Shown here piece by piece: positions 61,894 to 64,000 of a stretch of 64,000 nucleotides of DNA. Position numbers and translations under genes: made by a program. The DNA is from Myxococcota bacterium. GTDB lineage: Bacteria > Myxococcota_A > UBA9042 > PHBI01 > JAWLBL01. The notes under the pieces were generated by a model. It was not told the DNA's origin. It worked only from the letters and a program-made list of their open reading frames with translations, and searched no databases. The stretch spans positions 279,319-343,318 of the forward strand of contig JAWLBL010000004.1 of assembly GCA_041687695.1 (NCBI GenBank). The letters are read 5' to 3'. The number at the start of each line of letters is the position of its first letter. Position 1 is the first letter of the stretch.

Positions 61894-63048
61894 ATGAGCA
61901 AGGGCTTGGAGTTGCTGGGGAAGTTGTCCGACGAGGGGCTGCTGGGGCGGGTCGGTGAGCTGGTCGATCTGGAGCGACGGACGACGGCCAACCTGGTCGT
62001 CCATCTGGCCGAGGTCGAGGCCAGGGAGCTTCACCTTCGCGACGGCAGCCCGTCGCTGTTCGAGTGGTGCCGGACGCGGTGGGGCTTTGGTGAGGACAAG
62101 GCCTACAACTACGTGAAGGCCGTCGGGTGGGTGCGGCGGTGGCCGCAGATGGGCGCCATGTTGGCCGATGGGCGGATCAGTTTGAGCGGGATGCGGGTCA
62201 TCGGGCCGCATCTGGGCGACGGGAACGTCGACGAGCGGCTGGCCGAGGCCGCCGGCAAGAGCAAGCGGGAGCTGGGCGAGCTGGTGGCCAGGTGGTCGCC
62301 GCGGCCGGATGTGCCGGCGCGGGTGTTCCGGTTGGCGCCGTCCCGGGGCGGAGCGCGTTCCGAGGCGCCGAAGCGGACCGCGTCGCCACAGGCCGAGACC
62401 GAGCTGACCCTGGAGCGCCCGAAGCCGCAGCATCGGGTCGAGCCGTTGTCGGAGGCGCGGTATCGCGTGCAGGTGACGGTCGGTGCGGGGGTGGCGGCGA
62501 AGCTCGAGGAGGCGATGGCGCTGGCGGGCCATCAGGTCGCGTCCGGGGACTATGAGACCTTGTTGGAGATGGCCCTGGACGTCTTCCTGGCCGCGAAGAA
62601 GAAGCAGCGCTTCGGAGTCGGGGCCAAGCGGCGAGTGAAGAAGGTCGTAGTGAAGGCGCCCGAGCCGGCCGAGAGCGTGGCCATGGCGGACCAGTTGGTC
62701 GAGGCCGCGGCGAGCGAGCCGGAGGCGGAGGTGACGGAACGCAGCCGGGCCATCCCGGCCGAGGTCAAGCGGGCCGTGGTCGAGCGGGACGGCCTGCGGT
62801 GCACCTACGAGGGCCCGGGAGGGCGGTGCACCGAGACGCGCCGGCTGGAGCTACATCACGAGGAGGCCTTCGCCAGGGGCGGCGCTCACTCGGTCGACAA
62901 CCTCCGGGTCGTCTGCCAGGCCCACAACCTGCTCGTCGCCCGCCAGGAGCTTGGGGCCCGGTTCGTCGCACGCAAAGTAGCCGAGCGGCGGGCGGGGGCC
63001 GTTCCGCCCCGGGACGAAAGCCCGCTCGGGCAAGCAGCTCGTGGGTGA
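61894..63048 (+). CDS. HNH endonuclease with DUF222-like N-terminal region
   Basis: N-terminal LSD..LL...ER..TA.L..HLAEVE.R.L...G..SLF.WC; C-terminal R.IPA.VKR.V.ERDG.RC...RC...LELHH...GG.....NL...C..HN. Confidence 0.88.
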   Translation: MSKGLELLGKLSDEGLLGRVGELVDLERRTTANLVVHLAEVEARELHLRDGSPSLFEWCRTRWGFGEDKAYNYVKAVGWVRRWPQMGAMLADGRISLSGMRVIGPHLGDGNVDERLAEAAGKSKRELGELVARWSPRPDVPARVFRLAPSRGGARSEAPKRTASPQAETELTLERPKPQHRVEPLSEARYRVQVTVGAGVAAKLEEAMALAGHQVASGDYETLLEMALDVFLAAKKKQRFGVGAKRRVKKVVVKAPEPAESVAMADQLVEAAASEPEAEVTERSRAIPAEVKRAVVERDGLRCTYEGPGGRCTETRRLELHHEEAFARGGAHSVDNLRVVCQAHNLLVARQELGARFVARKVAERRAGAVPPRDESPLGQAARG

Positions 63049-63050
63049 CC

Positions 63051-63463
63051 TCCGCCCCGGGACGACGACCTGCGCGCTTCCGCCCCGGGACGACGACCTG
63101 CGCGCTTCCGTCCCGGGACGACGACCTGCGCGCATCCGCCCCGGGACGACGACCTGCGCGCTTCCGCCCCGGGACGACGACCGGCTTCCGCCCCGGGACG
63201 ACGACCGGCGCGCTTCCGCCTCGGGACGACGACCGGCCTCCGCCCCGGGACGACGACCGGCTTTCGCCCGGGACGACGAACTGGGCTTCCGCCCCGGGAC
63301 GACGACCCGCTTCCGCCCCGGGACGACGACCTGCGCGCTTCCGCCCCGGGACGACGACCTGCGCGCTTCCGCCCCGGGACGACGACCTGGGCTCTCCGCC
63401 CCGGGACGACGACCTGGGCTCTCCGCCCCGGGACGACGACCTGGGCTCTCCGCCCCGGGGCGA
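63051..63463 (-). repeat. Right tandem array, approx. 15.5 units of the same 20-bp core, inverted
   Basis: TCCGCCCCGGGACGACGACC plus 4-8 bp linkers (TGCGCGCT, GGCT, TGGGCTC). Confidence 0.95.
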
Positions 63464-63549
63464 TTAATTGTTCGATCGTTAAATTACCTCCTGCTGCCAG
63501 CCTACGCGACCACGCCCGGCGGCTGGGATGCCCGACCACCCGCCCGCCT

Positions 63550-63739
63550 CAGCACCCGCCGCCCAGTGCCCGCGCCGGGACGCGAAGCGGCCCGGACGCC
63601 CCCGTCCGGGCCGATATCGGCCGCCCAGCCGCAGCGAAGGCCGGGGTCAAGGGCTTTCTCGTCCGCGAGGAATTGGCCGACCGCCAGGTCGGCCAAGGGG
63701 GAGAAAGCCCTTGAGGCCGGCCGAAGCGGAGGCTACCGC
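63550..63739 (-). ncRNA. Candidate structured RNA/ssDNA element, right copy
   Basis: Reverse complement of 61121-61311 with compensatory substitutions. Confidence 0.5.
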
Positions 63740-63752
63740 ATGGCACCTTCTT

Positions 63753-63860
63753 CACCCCCATCCCCACCCCCATCCCCACCCCCATCCCCACCCCCATCCC
63801 CACCCCCATCCCCACCCCCATCCCCACCCCCATCCCCATCCCCACCCCCGTCCCCACCCA
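63753..63860 (-). repeat. 12-bp G-rich minisatellite (GGGATGGGGGTG)n
   Basis: Seven perfect CACCCCCATCCC units at 63753-63836, then degenerate copies; the C-rich tract continues to the window end. Confidence 0.92.
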
Positions 63861-64000
63861 GCCCCCACCCCCCGTCCCCAACCGAGCCAAGCTCTCGGCC
63901 TCCCCCATCCCCACCCACCCCCCACACCCCAGCTCCCAACGAGCCACGCTCTCGGCCGACCCACCTCCCACCCCCACCCCCACCACCCACACCCCCGCTC

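Larger units (their letters stand above)
61121..63739. mobile_element. Putative HNH-endonuclease element bounded by long composite inverted repeats
   Basis: 61121-61638 is an imperfect inverted copy of 63051-63739; a single HNH gene lies between them; no transposase. Confidence 0.65.

Noticed and set aside
61894..63048. Assignment as IscB, TnpB or Cas9-like nuclease
   Set aside because: No PLMP or RuvC motifs are recognisable; the HNH domain is C-terminal behind a DUF222-like region.
61400..63463. HNH-flanking arrays as a CRISPR or guide array
   Set aside because: Linkers are only 4-8 bp and recur, there are no unique spacers, and there are no cas genes in the window.
61105..63755. Target-site duplication around the inverted repeats
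   Set aside because: The immediate flanks (GAGGGCAGGC on the left, ATGGCACCTT on the right) show no direct repeat abutting the ends.
62799..63992. ORFs spanning repeat tracts (PPRDDD, GVGM and GW repeats; also 10503-11489 and 61383-61679)
   Set aside because: They are translations of DNA repeats. The 41-bp and 28-bp periods shift frame between units, the 12-bp tract yields only low-complexity peptide, and none has RBS or domain support.

Overview
This is a very GC-rich bacterial window. Gene content suggests Myxococcota or a related deltaproteobacterial lineage (inference from Cys-rich CDDGxxCT lipoproteins, the NusA insertion and the rimP-to-dut gene order). Most of it is core or envelope genes: TatD, a PBP, FadD, Ppm1, Hsp33, TrmB, the rimP-nusA-ylxR-infB-rbfA-truB-rpsO-pnp-dut cluster, an S41 protease, tRNA-Cys, an HD dNTPase, an orphan nuoB, prolyl oligopeptidase, a TonB receptor, RluA and an M48 peptidase. 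Notable accessory loci are an outer-membrane barrel plus 13-heme cytochrome pair, two Cys-repeat lipoproteins (one with a BPI/LBP-like C-terminus), and an alkyl-DHAP-synthase-like lipid operon ending in an Lnt with a large inserted repeat domain. The strongest novelty candidate is 61121-63739, where a lone HNH endonuclease gene sits between mirror-image composite ends. Each end consists of an approx. 190-nt structured segment, a short AT-rich motif and an inward-facing tandem array of a 20-bp core, with a G-rich tract just outside it. The two structured copies differ by three compensatory base-pair changes. No transposase, RuvC or cas gene is present. Two other intergenic tandem arrays (41 bp and 25 bp) also occur. 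All calls come from reading motifs by eye; no database searches were run.
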